IMG/VR virus record: IMGVR_UViG_3300026097_000876
Coordinates: 197,807 to 261,806 of that record
Direction: 5' to 3' (one strand)
Length of the DNA stretch: 64,000 bases
Part shown: in pieces, positions 63,789 to 64,000 of the stretch
Layout: each line of letters opens with the position of its first letter
Numbering within the stretch: the first letter of the stretch is position 1
The notes under the pieces: model-generated
What the model saw: only the letters and a program-made list of their open reading frames with translations
What the model was told of the DNA's origin: nothing
Databases searched by the model: none
Translations under genes and position numbers: made by a program

Positions 63789-64000
63789 TTAATTTTTAGG
63801 ATAAAAGATTAAACAGCCATTTTCGTTATCTTCAGCTACGCTGATCTCTACAAAGCGGCCGGGATACTTTGTAGAAATTTCTTGATACAAGTCATCTGCG
63901 ATCATTTCGCAGCTCTTGTGATCTAAATAGAGCACTGGAGTCGAACTGTCGACTTCAGCATAGAGTCTTTCCATCCATCGCTTGAACTGGATGAATTCGA
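63789..64000 (-). CDS. QueD/DpdL-like T-fold protein, 5'-truncated
   Basis: The frame is open to the window edge: EFIQFKRWMERLY...SCEMIADDL...VAEDNENG; it lies in the folE/queE region. Confidence 0.6.
   Translation of the reverse strand, partial: EFIQFKRWMERLYAEVDSSTPVLYLDHKSCEMIADDLYQEISTKYPGRFVEISVAEDNENGCLIFYPKN

Noticed and set aside
1-64000. Stop-codon reassignment as in some jumbo phages
   Set aside because: A 14-kb ORF and dense gene packing read cleanly in code 11; TAG ends genes at 33239 and 56079, and TGA ends many others.
1-64000. CRISPR array, tRNA or rRNA genes
   Set aside because: Intergenic gaps are at most about 130 nt and are occupied by promoters; no spaced repeats or cloverleafs were seen by eye (tRNAscan not run).

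Overview
This window is a 64-kb piece of an AT-rich, T4-like jumbo myophage genome, probably marine; an alphaproteobacterial host is inferred from the ABC transporter type and the B12-dependent enzymes. Phage evidence: tail-collar and fibre genes, T4-type late promoter motifs (TATAAATA/ATAAATA), consensus sigma70 early promoters, a T4 RNase H-like nuclease and a MoxR-VWA pair. Layout: (1) 1-21.2 kb, virion/tail genes, starting with a >4,732-aa protein that is open past the left edge. (2) 21.2-33.9 kb, an almost unbroken 18-gene chain behind a late promoter: 4 glycosyltransferases, 3 radical SAM enzymes, 2 stand-alone SPASM/twitch proteins, a kinase, a DegT aminotransferase and 4 nitroreductase-fold paralogues. 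(3) 34-47.9 kb, a radical SAM-carbamoyltransferase-methyltransferase unit; a complete PotDABC-type polyamine ABC transporter coupled by gene overlaps to a B12 radical SAM enzyme and an ATP-grasp ligase; a divergent PP-loop/GNAT/B12 radical SAM/2OG-oxygenase unit; and SpeD. (4) 47.9-64 kb, minus strand: an orphan fibre gene, MoxR/VWA, rnh, and a 7-deazaguanine cluster (queE, folE, truncated QueD/DpdL-like gene) mixed with a glycosyltransferase, PRTase, HIT hydrolase and MBD4-like glycosylase. I found no tRNA, rRNA, CRISPR array, integrase or transposase. The best candidate for an undescribed system is the polyamine import-and-conjugation cassette inside the modification island. All functional calls come from motifs read by eye; no searches were run.
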